DNA from: Penicillus capitatus
Taxonomy: Eukaryota > Plantae > Chlorophyta
NCBI GenBank assembly: GCA_965649825.1
Contig: OZ287696.1
Coordinates: 2,233,724 to 2,297,723, forward strand
DNA: 64,000 nt
Reading direction: 5' to 3'
A program made the translations under genes and the position numbers. Each line of letters opens with the position of its first letter. Within the stretch, counting starts at the first letter, position 1. The notes under the pieces were generated by a model that searched no databases, was not told the DNA's origin, and saw nothing but the letters and a program-made list of their open reading frames with translations. This document shows, one piece after another, positions 12,248-26,708 of the stretch.

Positions 12248-12382
12248 TTACGAACGATTCCACGACAGTAGTCGTTTGGAACTGCACTGAATAACGGACA
12301 TCGCCCAAGTCAGCAAACACTGTCGCTGTGCCGTCACCCCTATCTCTCTTCCTTTCCACTGCTGTCACTTCAGGGACGACGA

Positions 12383-12745
12383 ATGACGAGTACGATGGTG
12401 TGGCACGAGACGGACGTGGAGGAAGGCAGTAGACCACGGCAGGAACCCCCAAGGCGCCTCAATAAGAGTCACGGGTTTTATCGATTCATTGTAAGACGCA
12501 GAATACAGGACGGGTGGCATTCAAACGAGACGAATGGTGTGATGCAGATTCGGAATCAGCATTCGCGCAAAGATTACGAAGAACAGCAGCAATCTATACA
12601 GAAAACGGCATGCGATAAAGCACCAGCTGCCGCAGCAACTGCCCCAGAGAAGAAAAGAGAAACCCTCGAGAAGAAAACGGTTCGCATTCGACCCGGATTC
12701 GAAGTCTACAAGCCTCCGCATGCACGGCCGACGGCCTCACAGTGA
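12383..12745 (+). CDS. Possible small hypothetical protein
   Basis: 120-aa ORF with a charged region and C-terminal EVYKPPHAR. No family recognised. Confidence 0.3.
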   Translation: MTSTMVWHETDVEEGSRPRQEPPRRLNKSHGFYRFIVRRRIQDGWHSNETNGVMQIRNQHSRKDYEEQQQSIQKTACDKAPAAAATAPEKKRETLEKKTVRIRPGFEVYKPPHARPTASQ

Positions 12746-12819
12746 CGGCGGAACTGCTATTGGGAGAAGAAGCGTGACGTATCTTAGCCGATGAGCTCGG
12801 CTTCTCAATTTTCCACTAC

Positions 12820-13954
12820 TCAAGCACAGCACGATGACAAGGGCAGGTTTTGAGTATCGTGGGACGAACGGCTGTCAGTGTTATCGGGGTTGTGATGGGA
12901 CTCGGTGGGATAGTCTGGAGCCCGTCTGCTGATGAGAATGCTCGCTGATGATGATACGCTGCTGTGAACGGAGTCCTTCTCTTTTGATTTTCGCATCAGT
13001 CTTCCATCTCGTCGCGTCCATCTCGCACTCCATGCAGACGCATGGGAAACAGACTCTGATGCATTCTCACTCAAATGCTCACACATTCTGTGCAAGAGTC
13101 TTACCGTCTCTGCTTGGATGATGTGACCCGGTGGATGCTGTATGATGCTGGTGCTTCTCTTCTCCATTCTGCACACCGCTCTGCAGATTGTCTGATGATG
13201 GGATGCCACGGAAAGCTGTCATGAGATCTGTATATCTCCAGATGGACACCAGTCCCACAACAACGGCCAAGATGGTCACAATGCACGTGCACGTCACATC
13301 ACTGCGGATCACGGATGCCTTCTCTGACAGAACGGGCGTATTCGATTCTGGACATCTATCATCAGATCACTTAATCGCGATGCGGATCTATGCACCTCTG
13401 TTTATCTGCTCTATTTCGCGAGGGATGAGTTCAAGGGGGACATGGATGTCTTGAACCGGGCCTGGGGGAATTGCACTGGTTGGGTCTTGGACATTCGCTG
13501 TTCTCACCTTTCGTATAACGCAAGACACCTTTCCATTCGTACACGTGTGTTGCATTCCGCATATACATGCAGTGCAGAAGAAGAGAGAACGGAAATCGCC
13601 GGTGCATCATTCCACCACCAAATGCCGACGGAAGACCACGCATTTGAACAATCCATTCCACATCACACAAACGCCGATTCTCACACAAAAAGCGATCGCG
13701 AATACATCGCCCTTCACATGACGCCGCCCACAAGTATCGCAGATCACAATGCACCTCTCCCAATTGCGCATCCGACGATAGCTGCCTGTTCCACCACACA
13801 AGCCTTATCGCATCCTTCACCAATGCCGTTTGTCTGTCGACATGTTTACGATCACGGCAGCGTTCATGCTTGCTGGGTGTTTCGTAGTGGCGAGAGCGGA
13901 GATCAGTCCAATGGCCAGAGAGAAGACGAATGCCCTTTCGATATCTGCCACCAT
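12820..13954 (-). CDS. Hypothetical secreted/membrane protein (multi-exon)
   Basis: Signal-like start MVADIERAFVFSLAIGLISALA, Cys/Trp-containing internal exons, and a TM segment CIVTILAVVVGLVSIWRY. Exon joins are uncertain. Confidence 0.4.
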
Positions 13955-14055
13955 CGTCGACAAGACGTCGTACCAGATGCATCATCTCCGATAGGATGAT
14001 CCGCTGCCCGTACTTTTGGTTTTTCGATTCCGCTTTCCGTCCAAACGCGTGAATC

Positions 14056-14657
14056 ATGGCCAATCCACCTCCACCGCCACGGTCATCGCAAGTGGGGATG
14101 GAGTACATCGCTGTTGTGTGGAAGGTGCCATTCAGGGTCCCAAAAACGACGATTGTCTCAGTCGGACGCTCTACGGGACAACAGTCAGTGCCGCTTTCGG
14201 GTCGTTTCTCGGCGCACTGCGTTCCAACTGGCAGGTGCGATCCAATAGACATGCTCGGTAGGATCCACCTCATTTCTTCGCCGTGCAGGATATGTCGGAC
14301 CAGATGACGGCGAGACTCGGCCAGGCCTTGGCGAAGACGGGCGGGGCGATGCTGACATATGGTGTCTTTCTTGGCGGCGTTGGTCTCCTCTACTGCAGTA
14401 CGGACTGCTTTGTGGAAAAGATTCGCCAGAAGAAGGACTATTGGAATGGCTTTTCGGGTGGACTGGCCGCTGGTCTGGCCGTTGGCATGAAGACCAAGAG
14501 TCTAAGTGTGGGCGTCGGATCGGGATTCGCCATGGGAGCACTCTCTGTACTGGTGGACGCCTCGGGTCACTCTCTATATGGCGAAGGCCTCCTTCCAGAC
14601 GATGGATCGATTCCTCGCCGCAAGAAATACAGTCCGACGGTGCGCGTCGATGGATGA
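14056..14657 (+). CDS. NDUFA11: Tim17/22/23-family protein, complex I subunit B14.7/NDUFA11-like
   Basis: Exons 14056-14091, 14136-14234 and 14289-14657. IRQKKDYWNGFSGGLAAG is the Tim17-family motif; NWQD...LVDASGHS resembles At2g42210. Confidence 0.75.
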
Positions 14658-15177
14658 GCGTCGATGATGGCAAGAGCAAAACGATACCTGCTGCATGTGC
14701 GTGTGCATAACTGAGGATGGGTGGGGATCATGAATGGGACGGATCAATCGGATGATGTTGGGTCATCTGTGTTTGAATGCCTTTACACGAACGTTCCGCT
14801 TTTGCACAGAAGTGTGGAATGGGTATCATTCCTTTTCATACTCTCCCATCAATAGGTAACAACCGCGTCACTTGAGTCCATGATTGATAGACAGAATCAA
14901 TATACCGAAGATGTCATTGCATCTTGAATGAAGAGATCAAGAGTACTTCAAACGCGCAGCTACAATAGAAAAGAGTTTCCAGAACTGGCTAAATTACAAC
15001 AGCCACACAGCGTGTCGTTTAATGAGACATGTTCAATGTCATCGCCGAAACGGAGGCAACAGAGAACAGGGTAGATACTGTGCTGATAGACCGTCGGATT
15101 CGATGTGCCCTGATCAGCTCGAAATGCAATGGTCTATCATGCAGTAGACTCCTTTTGAGCGATCCTGGGTGTTTCGT

Positions 15178-16683
15178 TTATTGCCAGATGCCCATATAAC
15201 AGCCGCGGAGGCCCATAGGTAAGGGACCACCACAGATGAACAGACGTTGGAGACCCGGATCCCAGCAGTGTGCATAGAGGGCATTGTGGACAGCCACTCC
15301 TTCAAAGTATTCTCGATAGAATCCCTCTGTATCGAGCCACCCGCGTCCAACTTCGAGATGATTGTCTGTGAGAATCTTCTTCTCCCTGTCCTGGGAGATT
15401 TCCAGATCCACAAAGTCCATGGCTCTCATATCAAAAAATGACAGCCATCCGTTGCCAGAGCCGCACGAGAGGAGATGGTCTTGAAATTGAAGCGACCGTA
15501 CGGAGTAATCTGGCTGCAGAAGTTGCACCTCCGTGTAGGCGCGTTTCATCCGAATGTCCATGAGGATGACGTAATCTCTAGTCCCTGCGGCCGCTTGGTA
15601 TCCTTGCACTGCCAGACAAGCAAGCTCCTGACTGTGATCCCGTCTTAAGGATTGCTAGAAACGAAAGGGTCACATCAGACACGATGGAACGAAAGAGTAA
15701 GCGCGGCTTAACCGTAAGAATTCCACGGAGATCAGTTGGATCCCACACCCGCACGTCTCCATCTGTGCTGAAGCTGATGATGCGGTTCGGTTCAGGAGTA
15801 TACTTGACATCCCTCACTTTCTCCTAGATGGGATAAAGAGTGAGCATCGTGCGAGGTGATGATGATGTGCTTGGTCATCGACCTTGTGGACACAGCGCGA
15901 GTAGAGCGCTTCATGTACCACGTGACCCCTGTTGGGATCAATCTTCCATAGACGTAATGTTTTGTCCCGTGATCCTGTCACGTCACATCAGTCACACTTT
16001 CTCACACATGATTATTCAAACCTGTCACAAGATGCACATCTGTGACCCAATCTAGGCCAAAAATCCAATCTTGATGTGCCTAACAAGCCGTCATTCCTTA
16101 AGTACATTCACATTCTCAAAAGAGTGAGATGTCACACCTTGAAATGCTGAATAGAGCCAAATGTTTTGGCACAGAGAACACTGCATAGGGTCGAATCTGC
16201 GGCGCCAGTTGCCAAGTACTTTCCCGACGGGTTCAGTGCAATGGAATGAATGCCTCCAGGATTCGTATGTGGATGCTGTCGTGTCATGTCCCTATTCATT
16301 TGTTGCAGCCCAGGCGAGATCATCTGATCGATCTTTCCCGTCTCGGCATTGATTCTCAATAAACATCCACATTTGGTTGCCACTGCAATCTCTTCGTGAT
16401 TTAGCCATGTCTAGCATCTCACAACGCTGCTGGCACAGCGGGATTCATAAAAGCTGTCTTACGGCCGAAAAGGCCTTATCAAATTTCCACTCTGCACAAG
16501 GCAGCTCTTGTTCTTCAAAGCATCCAATACGACGCACGAAGAGTTGACTTAAGATCTCTTTCCGTGCGTGAAACCTTCGACACGTGTCGTTGTTAAAGGA
16601 TGAGATAGAGAGGGGAGAATGCACTTGGGTTTTCCTCCGATGCTCGTGTCTCTGAGAAAACTCAAAACTGTCGAGGAATCCAT
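15178..16683 (-). CDS. DCAF12: DCAF12-like WD40 protein
   Basis: DKAFSA/TWLNHEEIAVATKCG, GGIHSIALNPSGKYLATGA, SVRSLQFQDHLLSCGSGNG, C-terminal LFICGGPLPMGLRGCYMGIWQ. Confidence 0.85.
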
Positions 16684-17176
16684 TTTTGTATGAGGGACGT
16701 GCTGACTGACAGCTGCGGATTCGACAGGGTGCGTTTGCATCAAATGACGGAGGCGTTGATTTCTATAACACGAAAAAAGAAGTTGCTGTTCAGACGGTCG
16801 AACATGATGCAGTGCACATCGCTCGCTCTCGCCGTCCTCCGAACAAACAAACAAACGCGCTCCGAACGCACGAACGCACTGATGCACGAATAAACGAACG
16901 AACGCACACACGCACACACACGAGTCGCGCTTCATGCAACACGACTCAGCTTACATGCCACCCAATCAAATCATTAGAGCTGGAATGAGCGCCTTTAACG
17001 TACAGTTTTGTCAGATCTGCGATATAAATCTCGCAGTCAGCAAAAACTTTGAGCGAAGGAATGACGCAATTGGGCGCCCACCCCATGAGTCATCGCATTC
17101 GTTGGCACATGTTTTGAGGAGAGCCAGCCAAACATGGTGGCCATGAGTGAGTGCTGATGAAAAAGCACAGACAGTT

Positions 17177-18699
17177 TCAACACATGTATCCAGTTTCAGA
17201 GCTCATTGATGCGATTTCGCTCTCAGCAACTAGATCAAATGAAGAGAGATGGCCAACGGGGCTACATTGGAAACTACGGATATCGCCAGTCTTGTAATTT
17301 GCCTGCCGAGATGCGCCTCGTTCCTCAGTTTTATTCAGATATTGCGCTTTGAATGCAGCTATTTCTTCGTCTGTCAACAAATCCACATCATCAGAGTCAT
17401 TCCACCCCAACGAACGCAGAAACCGCTCTTCCTCAACAGAAGGAGGTCCGACGGTCAGCCATGGCTCTTCCCCCTCTGCTGTGGCTTTCTGTCCCAGCAC
17501 CAAAGACATGTCTGCCGGTGCGCTCCCCTTGGCCACCAACTTAAAAGAGTGACATGAAGAATTATCGAAGATCTCACCACCACCACCACTACCAACATGA
17601 CGATGACCCATGAGTGTACTCTCCTTCAACGGTTTATTTTTCTGTAAAGATTCGAAGAATGTTTTTCTGTCCTGCTCTTTGGATTTCGTATCGGTGATCG
17701 GATCACGAAAACCATTCTCGGTGACGAGCCCTTCGTTCTTCAGTACTGTATTGGCGTTGATGTTGTTTCCGAAGGACATCTGCATAGAATGGGCTTCAGA
17801 CTTTGCCATGCAAGGTGTCGTTGATCCAGGAGATCTCCGCCCTACGGGAGGTGTCATTGGGGACATGTTTGATCGACGTCCCCTCGGTGTTGGCCTTGAT
17901 GGAACCACAGGAATCAGCTTCTTGCTCTGCTCGTACTGAATTCTCTGTATTTCTGCAGCATTGTCATCGTCGTTCCCATTCTGAGCATCGATCAGCCGAG
18001 AGAAATCCGTACGAACAGAAGAACCAGCATCCAGGCCACGACTTTCTGGAGAATGACGCACAAATGATCGATGGCTCTCCGGCAGATCGGCCAGACGTGA
18101 ACTTCTCCCAGTCTGCTGCGATTGCTGATGTTGCTGTTGCTGTTGTTGGGTGAAAGATCGACATGAAGACCCGCTGTCCGAAGATAGACTACTCTACAAG
18201 GCACACACATATGTGAGGATAGATCTCATCAGAGATCCATCACGTACGAAATGACTAGATTCGGGCATTCTTCGTGCACTCATGAATTCCCAGGCGCTGG
18301 GGGAACGCGTGTGATGACTTTTCTCCGTTATGAGACGAGAAGGGACACACTGAATCTCGCTACGTGTACGCCGGAGATATGCTCGAGAACCACTGGGTCG
18401 AACCTCTCCACGTTCGTCCAAGAATTCGCGTGGACGATGTTGACAGTACCCGCCACCACCACTACCACCGCGGGGTCGCGTCCCATGCTCCTCAGCCATC
18501 GGTCCATGTCGTAATAGCGGCTGGACGCAAGGGACAATCGTACGCACGTCACGTCCACTCGTCTTCTCTACACACAAACACATCCTACTATTCCAACACA
18601 GCCTCAGGACTGGTGACTGTACGCACTCTGAAGGCGTGGAGCTATGGCGCGGGATTGTAGCCATTGAGGAATGAGAGCCGGTTCACTGGAGTCCAGCAT
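17177..18699 (-). CDS. Plant At1g36990-like / vasculin-like low-complexity protein
   Basis: N-terminal MLDSSEPALIPQWLQS and C-terminal EEERFLRSLGW...LLTDEEIAAF are the motifs conserved in this family. Confidence 0.7.
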
Positions 18700-19142
18700 A
18701 ATAACAGGTCAAACGCATTGGACAACACGTCCGTCCGTGTCTACGTGTGTGCGCTGTCCACTCCTTCCAAGAATATGTAAAACAAAACGGAAAGACGCGC
18801 GGTCTTGCGGTCAAGGCGCGTTCGACGGGTAACTATAGCTGCCGCTGCTGCTGTTGTTGGTATCTCCTCTTCTCGTCGTCGTCGCCGTCGCGTCGTAAAC
18901 GTGGTCGGTCGGTCGTTCGTATTGTGCTTGTTGAAACGCTCTTGCAAACTGAGGATAAGCGACTTGACTGAATAGACGTTATGTGTAGTGACGGCAGGCG
19001 GTCGGTCGTTGCACGAGTTGAATACGCACAGAAGTTCTGGCGATGGAAACACGGAAAGATTAGAACGCCTCGATGAAAGTTAAATCGCGGAAGACGGATG
19101 TTCAGGGCTTTTGTTGACATGATGTGACAGCGATGGTGATGC

Positions 19143-22100
19143 TCATTTACACATGATGTTTAACTTGAAGCCCTGGACAAACAGATCCGTTACCTGACCG
19201 TCCGGAACCTTCTCGCATACGTATACTTGATACAAACCTGGCATCACACAACACAAACCAAATCTACAGCCACGCACACATGGATCATGACGCGATGAAA
19301 TGTCCGAGGGGAGGGACTTGTGATGAAAGCGAGGGGCATCTGAGGTGACAGGGATGTTGGAGGTTTGTCCAGTAAGCAGGATACCGGCATCGTTGAGTCC
19401 GCTTTCCCGTCGGAAAAGAATGTCCGAATGCATCCCGCCTTCATCGATCCGTTCGCTGCACAGTGTGATCGTCACGTTCTCCAAGGCACTGCCGTTGTGA
19501 CTCTCGACCAGCGCTTCGCAGCTGAGGAATTCGCCGATCTCTGTCTGAATGCCCCACACTTCTCCGTTGGGTCCTTTAGGCTCAGATGGAATATCCGATC
19601 GACCGTTCGTCGGTTTGCCAAGAGATGCGTCGTAGTCTGGGGCTGGAAGAGACCAGGCATCTGTTGGGTCTTCTATCAGTGTCGATTCTATGATGGAACC
19701 TGCATCCTTCACAATCGGCATCGTTTCTTTCAAATCGATGAATCCCTTCGTGTAGGGCTCGGCTAGACGGACAGACAGTGTGACATAAGCAGGGACAAAG
19801 GATGCCAGTAGTGTGGGATTCAGAATGCGCGAAATGTGTTCTCTGCGAATCGGCACCGTTCCTTGCGATCCGTAAGCTGGATGCAAGGAAAAGACGGGAT
19901 CATGAGAAGGCGATTCGTCGTTTTCGGTGAAGGTCGGCTGATGGACGACGCTCTGCCAATAACCACAGAGATGCGAGAACATCCATTGACAGGCAAGGGC
20001 CTCGATCCTTGTCGTTTCGCCATCCATCGCATCGACTGGCATGGCAGGAATGGGACAGGAGACTTGGACTGCCTGTCCCGGAACGACCGAATGCGATTCC
20101 GGTGCCGGAGGCGGCTTCCATTGCTGGGAATGAAAAGACTGACGATCCGGTACTTCGCCGACCCAGACACAGAGCACCTGAGTGTCGTGATTGGCGATCG
20201 TTGCCCTCAAGACAGCTTCGCTGCGAAAATGGTAGACCATATCTCTGCTGGTCTCCATCGATCGCCCTCCACTACCCTCTCGGCGTCTGAAATCCTCCAG
20301 ACGGTCCTTTAGTGACGACCGTCTTGACAGACTGTTCGTCGATGATTCTTCCATGCCTTCGGACGACCGTGTATAACTCACATCATCTGAGAGACTGCTC
20401 TCTGAATGACTGGACGATGATTTCAGCAGTTTGTTTAGGATGCTCTTCGTTGCGGAACGGCAGACGTAGAATGGAACGTAGTGCTGCGAGATCTGCACGG
20501 TGACGATATTGGCAGATGGCAGAACATGAAACGAGAGAGGGGCGTTGAGTTCGCGGCCAAACATAACCGATGCCGCATCTGAGTGCTGCCCTCCATACAG
20601 CAATCGTATCTGCCAGAACCCGCCGCTAGCGACAACATGACTCCGCATTCTTTGCCAAAGTGCTCACCTCTGTTGAAATGGGCTTCCTTGATGTGACCCC
20701 GGCGCCCGGTATCTTGTGACTGACCACGACACGCACAGGCAGCTCGAGAGTGCCATTCGAAAAGACCGGTAGCTTCTGCTGCAGTGTGGCCTCATCTGCC
20801 TCCAGTGTGAGATGCGTTTCGGTCCCTGCAACGGCTTTCTCTTTGCTCGATCCTAACAGTTTCGCTCGCAGCACTGGATAGCGTGAGATATTTGTGACTC
20901 GGAGTTTGAAATCCAATTGCTGTCCAGCTCTAACCGTCACGATCAACATCTTATCTTTGTCGGCGGAAGCAGGACCAACAGGGCGTGAAGCATCTTCGAG
21001 CGTAGATGGCCATGTCTGTTGAGAATCGACTTTGAGAAACTGCCATTTTAGCAGGGGCATGGATGGAAGAACATCCAACTCCACGACCATGTTTTTCTCC
21101 GTTCCCCATTCCGGATCAGCCAAACGGATCCCGTAGGATCGAGGGACTCTGCGAAGACTGGCAACAAATCGCTGCAGCCATGTAATCCCATACAGTGTGA
21201 CATGACAGCCAATCACTCTCAAAGGACCGGCGACTTGAGGCACAAGGGCCAGAGAGACGCGTGTGGGTTTGGTCTTGGGAGGCAGACTGACACCGACAGA
21301 GATCGGCGCAGCTCGACTCGATTCGCCTTCTGTCTCTTCGATGCAGAGACAGAGGCGATCGATTTTGAGATGCACGGAACAGGGATTTGAAATGTAGACT
21401 TCTAAACTGCATTCCTCTCCCACCACCCATCGCGACATATCCTGCTTCTCGTTCCGAGCATCGGATTTGCGTTTGGCTGCGTAGGGATTAAAGATGAAGG
21501 CACTCTCGGAGCCTTCCTCTTTTGTGCCCTTCTTGTCCATCAACTCATCACAAATCTGTGGCCTTAGCTGATCTGGCAAGTGGCAGATGTTGCGAACCTA
21601 GACACGAGACAAGGAGAGTAGATCGATGGGAGTGATGACAGTGTTGTGTGCCTGAAAGAAAGGAGGCGGGCCCAGATTGTGTCGGGTCTTGTCCGTTGTC
21701 GATAGCTGACTCGATGCCCGTTTGAGCACATCCATCAGCATCTGCTGCCTTTCCTGTGTGATATAACTGTAGGAATCTCGCAGCAACATGGCCGCCGATT
21801 CCCAGACAGTAATCTCCATGCCGGCTTTGGAGGCAGTGGAAAGAATAGCTTCGGCCATGGCCTTGTGCAAATCTGGCCAATACGGTGTGGCAAAGACGTC
21901 TCTCGTTAGGTAGGGAACACCTCTCTGCAGTTCAAGAATATCTGTACACAGCTCTGACTGCACATACCCGACAGATCTATCCTCGAATGGTGCCCTATCT
22001 GAAAAGACTGCTCACTTTAAGAGCCAGCGAAATCAGTGCCACATCGGATGTCTGCATGAGATGGACGGAATCCAATGCCTGCCAGATGAGGAAGGCTCTC

Positions 22101-24119
22101 TTGCGTTTCAGACCCAGTGCCTTGAGAATCTACAAGGAAGCTGCTCAGTGGCATGGACAGGCAGATGTGGTCGACGTTGGACACTTCGATGACGAGATTC
22201 ATCCGATCGAATTCGGATTTGAGTCTCGGCCACACTTCTAACACACGTGTGACGGTGCTATTGACTCGAAGCTTGGCATCCTTTCCTTTAAAGGCAAGGA
22301 GCATTCGGATGGTCTTCATCTGCACTTCGATCAGCAGAGGCAGAATCCCACGACGCATGTAGATGCTTTCTGCCTCGTTGTAAAAGGCAATCACCTGCCA
22401 TTGGAGACAATCGTGCAAGATCACGCACAAATGGCTATTCCTTGACGGACCTGGTTCAGCAATTCTGGCACCTCCCTTATGGCATTCCACATGCGTTGAT
22501 CTCCGTAACCTATGCCGCATGCATCGAATACCGATTCCTTTGCCAGATCCATCGCATCTACGGCCAACAGATTTTCCACTGTCATTAAAAACGTGCCAGT
22601 CGACGTGTAGGAGAGGATGGAGTGGAAGATGTGTGACCAGCTCCGTTGTGTGAGAGCGCTTCGATAGTATCCATGCCGTTAATCGAACTAAGGTCCACAC
22701 GACATGCATTCGATCGACTCCACATAGACGATGCGCACTTTCTCTTAGGAATCGCGTCTGTCTCGATCAACGCCTCCAAGACCTGCAGAGTCCATAGAGT
22801 GCGTGCATTGAGTGAGATGCCTAATGTCGCTGCGGACCGACCTTGGCTTCTGCCATGCCTTCAACAGCGGCGGCTCCCCATACGGCATCGCCACAATAGC
22901 GTGATAGCTCAACACATGTGTTATAATGCTCGTAAGCATCTCTTGGTGATCCGGCCAACATGCTCCAATCCCCAAAGAGCTTTTGCATCCGGGTGTGTCG
23001 GCGCCTCAGGCGCACCTCCTGAAATACCACACATGCATTAGTCAAACGCGCACGCGTTTGCCACGTCGCTGTACATCTTCTGTTCCAAGTCTCTTGGTGA
23101 TTTCATCGGTGACATTGGCGTAGCCAAAGATCTCTGGCTGATCCATGACAGTGGTCAGGCTCAGCATCCCGACGGAGAGATTCAGCATCCCTTGTTGCAG
23201 CTCCATCAGCAAATAAGCCGCGAAATCGTGCATGAACACTTCGACATTGTGTTCGAGTTCCGTCGGACTGCCTAAAGACATCCAATGCCTCTCATAGGAG
23301 CATCCCAGTAGACGGACGCATCACTGACATTTGGGAAACATGATGAGATGCTCCTTCTGTCGTCCGTTCTGACTCATCTCATCATCGACTGGCTCAAACG
23401 CAAAGCACCGTACCGTCACCGAATTAGGAAACTGCCTGGATCCAAGGCGATATCCTTCATTGATGTGACAGGTGTGATCCCTCACTTGCACATCTTCTCG
23501 AACTCGGCATAGGCTTTTGGAATGTCTGGTGAACTCGGGCAATGACACAGTCCAATGACACCCAATACTGCTCGACTGGCATAGAGACATGCCAAGGAAC
23601 TCTGCTGCAATAACGTTCCCTGCAAGAAGACAACAAACACATCGATCGGCACATCGTTGTTGTGTCTTACCGTTAAGAATCTGAAATTCAAGCATCCTTT
23701 ATTCCACGGCAGATACTTGAATGGGCTTTTCTGCTTTTCGTGGTGAAAAGATCGCACGGTCGATAATCGTACCTAACAGAGCACAGAGGGACATCTTGTG
23801 CAGGTGTATGTGTGTGAGGGGGGAATGGCGAAGGGAATGGGTCATGAGGAAGGAGAGAGGTAGCCTACCCCCAATTCCCCCATCGTGGCGCATTTCTTTC
23901 GCAAAGAAAGGGGATCGTTACGCACGTGACGGTATTTCTGGACCAGGGCTTCGTAGTCACGAAGGGCGCTTTCTGGAACGGCCCCCACGGGCAACAGCGC
24001 CTAGACAGAGCGCCACAAAGACAGGTCATCTCCATGCTCACACCACAGGAAGGAACGCCACGCACGACGCGGATTTCGGAGGAAGAGAGAACGTTGAGTT
24101 CCTTCTCGATGAGCTTCAT
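19143..24119 (-). CDS. TRS120: TRAPP II subunit TRS120/TRAPPC9 (multi-exon)
   Basis: EIRV/ALLPVG, SFHHEKQKSPFKYLPW, VLGVIGLCHCPSSPD, VRCFAFEP, QKLFGDWSMLAGSPRDAYEHY, WGAAAVEG, WVVGEECSLEVYISNP. Confidence 0.92.
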
Positions 24120-24282
24120 CGCTAAGGCAGAGACGAACGTACACACACGTTAGGGATCGATTCCCGAACGAACATACGCCTAAAAACCGCTGCTCTGCAT
24201 CGAAGGGGGCGACCATCGTCGTACGTATAGGTGTGCGTGCGTTCGTACATACCTGCTCTGTACGTCATCGACCATCTCTACC

Positions 24283-25173
24283 ATGGGCCGAAGCAAAAAC
24301 GATTCCTCGGCGTCTGGAACACAAGATGTCACGGTGTTTCTCAATGTTTATGACCTATCCGAGCAGAATGATTATCTATACTGGTGTGGCTTCGGCGTCT
24401 TCCATACGGGTGTCGAGGTTTTTGGCTCCGAATTTGCTTATGGAGGTCGGACGGTCGTGTCATAACGATATCTTTGGCATTTCTGTGACGCAGGACACGA
24501 TTTCGATGCGTCCGGTATCTTTGCAACGGAGCCCAAGAAGCCTCCAGGACCAGGTAGGTATGAGGGTACAAGAATTTGATGTGACGTGTCTGCCATATCT
24601 ATGTAGTGGAGTTTCGCAAGAGCATTCCAATGGGCGCCTGTCGTCTCAGCAACAGGGAAGTGAAGAGGTTGATCGTGGAGATGGGCAAGGACTATCGGGG
24701 AAATGCATATCACCTGCTTCAAAAGAATTGCAACCACTTCGCGAACGAACTCTGTCAGAAACTCGTCGGCAAAAGTGCCCCGACCTGGGTCCACTTCTCA
24801 CTCTTTCTCATTGAGTGACTGACTGAGCAAACGACTTTCGATGCATGCTTAGATCAATCGCCTGGCCGGCCTTGCTGTCTTGTGCCACTGTTTTCTACCT
24901 GCCACATGGGTACCTCCTCTCAATACCCCTAGTCAACTACCAGAAGGAGGTTCCTGCATACATGTCACTCTTTCTTGTGTGACGGTTCACAGTATCTGGA
25001 TGTTAGATGTGATGCGAACAACGGAGCATCAGACACTGCTCCGTGCTCCACGTTCCGATGCCTATGCCGAACCAGAAGGCATGACCACAACCGCCTCGGA
25101 CGAGTCCTTTCCGTCAGATCTACAGAGAGATTCCAGTTTCGAATCGGAGCTCCCCGTCGTCATCAATGGATAA
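24283..25173 (+). CDS. DeSI/PPPDE deSUMOylating isopeptidase
   Basis: VFLNVYDLS, GVFHTGVEVFGSEFAYGG, YRGNAYHLLQKNCNHFANELCQKLVG, INRLA. Confidence 0.93.
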
Positions 25174-25407
25174 TAAATTTAATATACCCCAGCAATATAA
25201 CCGCAATTAATGTGTAACCTTCTTCAAAGATGGCCGGTGCAGATGGATCCTTTGGAGTGTCCTCGTCCAATGTTCTATCCCTGTTCTTTCTTCAAGTCTC
25301 TCCCTGTCTTGATGGATGGTGATGAAAATTGCGGTCGGCCGTTGTAGAGAGATAGACATTGTATACTTGATCGTCTGATCAGCGTTGTTGTTGTTGGTGG
25401 TGCATCG

Positions 25408-26684
25408 TTAGATATAGTTGATGGGACCTTCCAGGCTTCCGGTGGAGAACTGTCGCACGATCGGTTCGTCCGTCGTCCTGAATTGCTCCGTTGTGCCTGC
25501 AACGTCACGACGCGTTTCTGCATCGCGAGATGGGTGATGGTAATGATGTGACCTTCCCATGCCACGACGCCATCGTGCAGGAAAATGAGACGATCGACGG
25601 CGCGACGAATCGTTGAGTACTGATGTGTGACCACGACATAGCTTCGGATACTCAAACCATTCGTAGATGTCTCTTCTGGATCATGCATCCTCCGCATGAG
25701 ATCTTCGATAACCGTCGAGGCAACGGGATCCAACCCAGCCGTCGGTTCGTCATACATCAGGACCTAGACGCATAATACATATCGCTCGAATGTATTGGCG
25801 GTGATGGAGGTCACACTTGCTCACTCTTTGATCGATGGTCACGAACAATAGCACGAGCCAATGCCACGCGTTTCTTCATTCCACCCGATAACTGAGATGG
25901 ATACAGGTGCTCCACTCCCTTCACGCAACGTCTGAGCGTCACGAAATGTGTGAGAGGTCACACTTTGAGGCCGACTTTTCCCAAACAGTCCCGCACAAGC
26001 ATTTCGATCTTGGCCTTGCGCAGCCGGGAATGCTCGTAGAGCAAGAAACCGACATTCTCTCCCACCGTCAACGAATCAAAGAGGGCACCACTCTGAAACA
26101 CCATGCCGATACGGAGTCCTTCCGAAGTGGTCATATCCGACAGCAGTCCCATTCTTCTCACTCCTTTGATCAAAATCTCACCCTAACCCACGCGACCCAG
26201 ATCCCATCGCAGAAGGATCGATCGTATGGATCTTGCCTCATCTGGTGCTAACAGTCCAGCCATCAGGCGCAACGTTGTCGATTTGCCTGATCCCGATGCG
26301 CCAATGATTCCAACCGCCTCGCCACGGTAGATCTTGAAACTCGCCCCACTCAAGATCCTCTTCGTTCCGAAGCTCTTATGCACATCGCGTAGTTCGATCA
26401 GCACTTCTCCTTTTCGTGACGTCTTCGTCTCGGCGAACATCGACGCCGTACCGTTGGCATTTTTCGACGAGGACAACGACTACAGCCACAAAGCCGCGTG
26501 TTGACGAGAGACGCCACAGATGCGTGGGCGTGACGTTGTTCAGAGGTGTCGAGGATTCGAGACTGCTATTGTTGTTGCTGATGCCGTGGACGAGACATCG
26601 GTGACGGTGTCGATGGCCAACGCTTCTGGTCAAGGCGAAGGGCGCGACCCTTGGGACACATGGTCGATATTGCATCCACTGCAT
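25408..26684 (-). CDS. TGD3: Plastid lipid-import ABC ATPase TGD3
   Basis: Transit-like N-terminus, Walker A GASGSGKST, IGMVFQSGALFDSLTVGENV, LSGGMKKRVALARA, YDEPTAGLDPVAS, C-terminal QFSTGSLEGPINYI. Confidence 0.93.
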
Positions 26685-26708
26685 TCTAACGTCATTTGTG
26701 CAACGATC

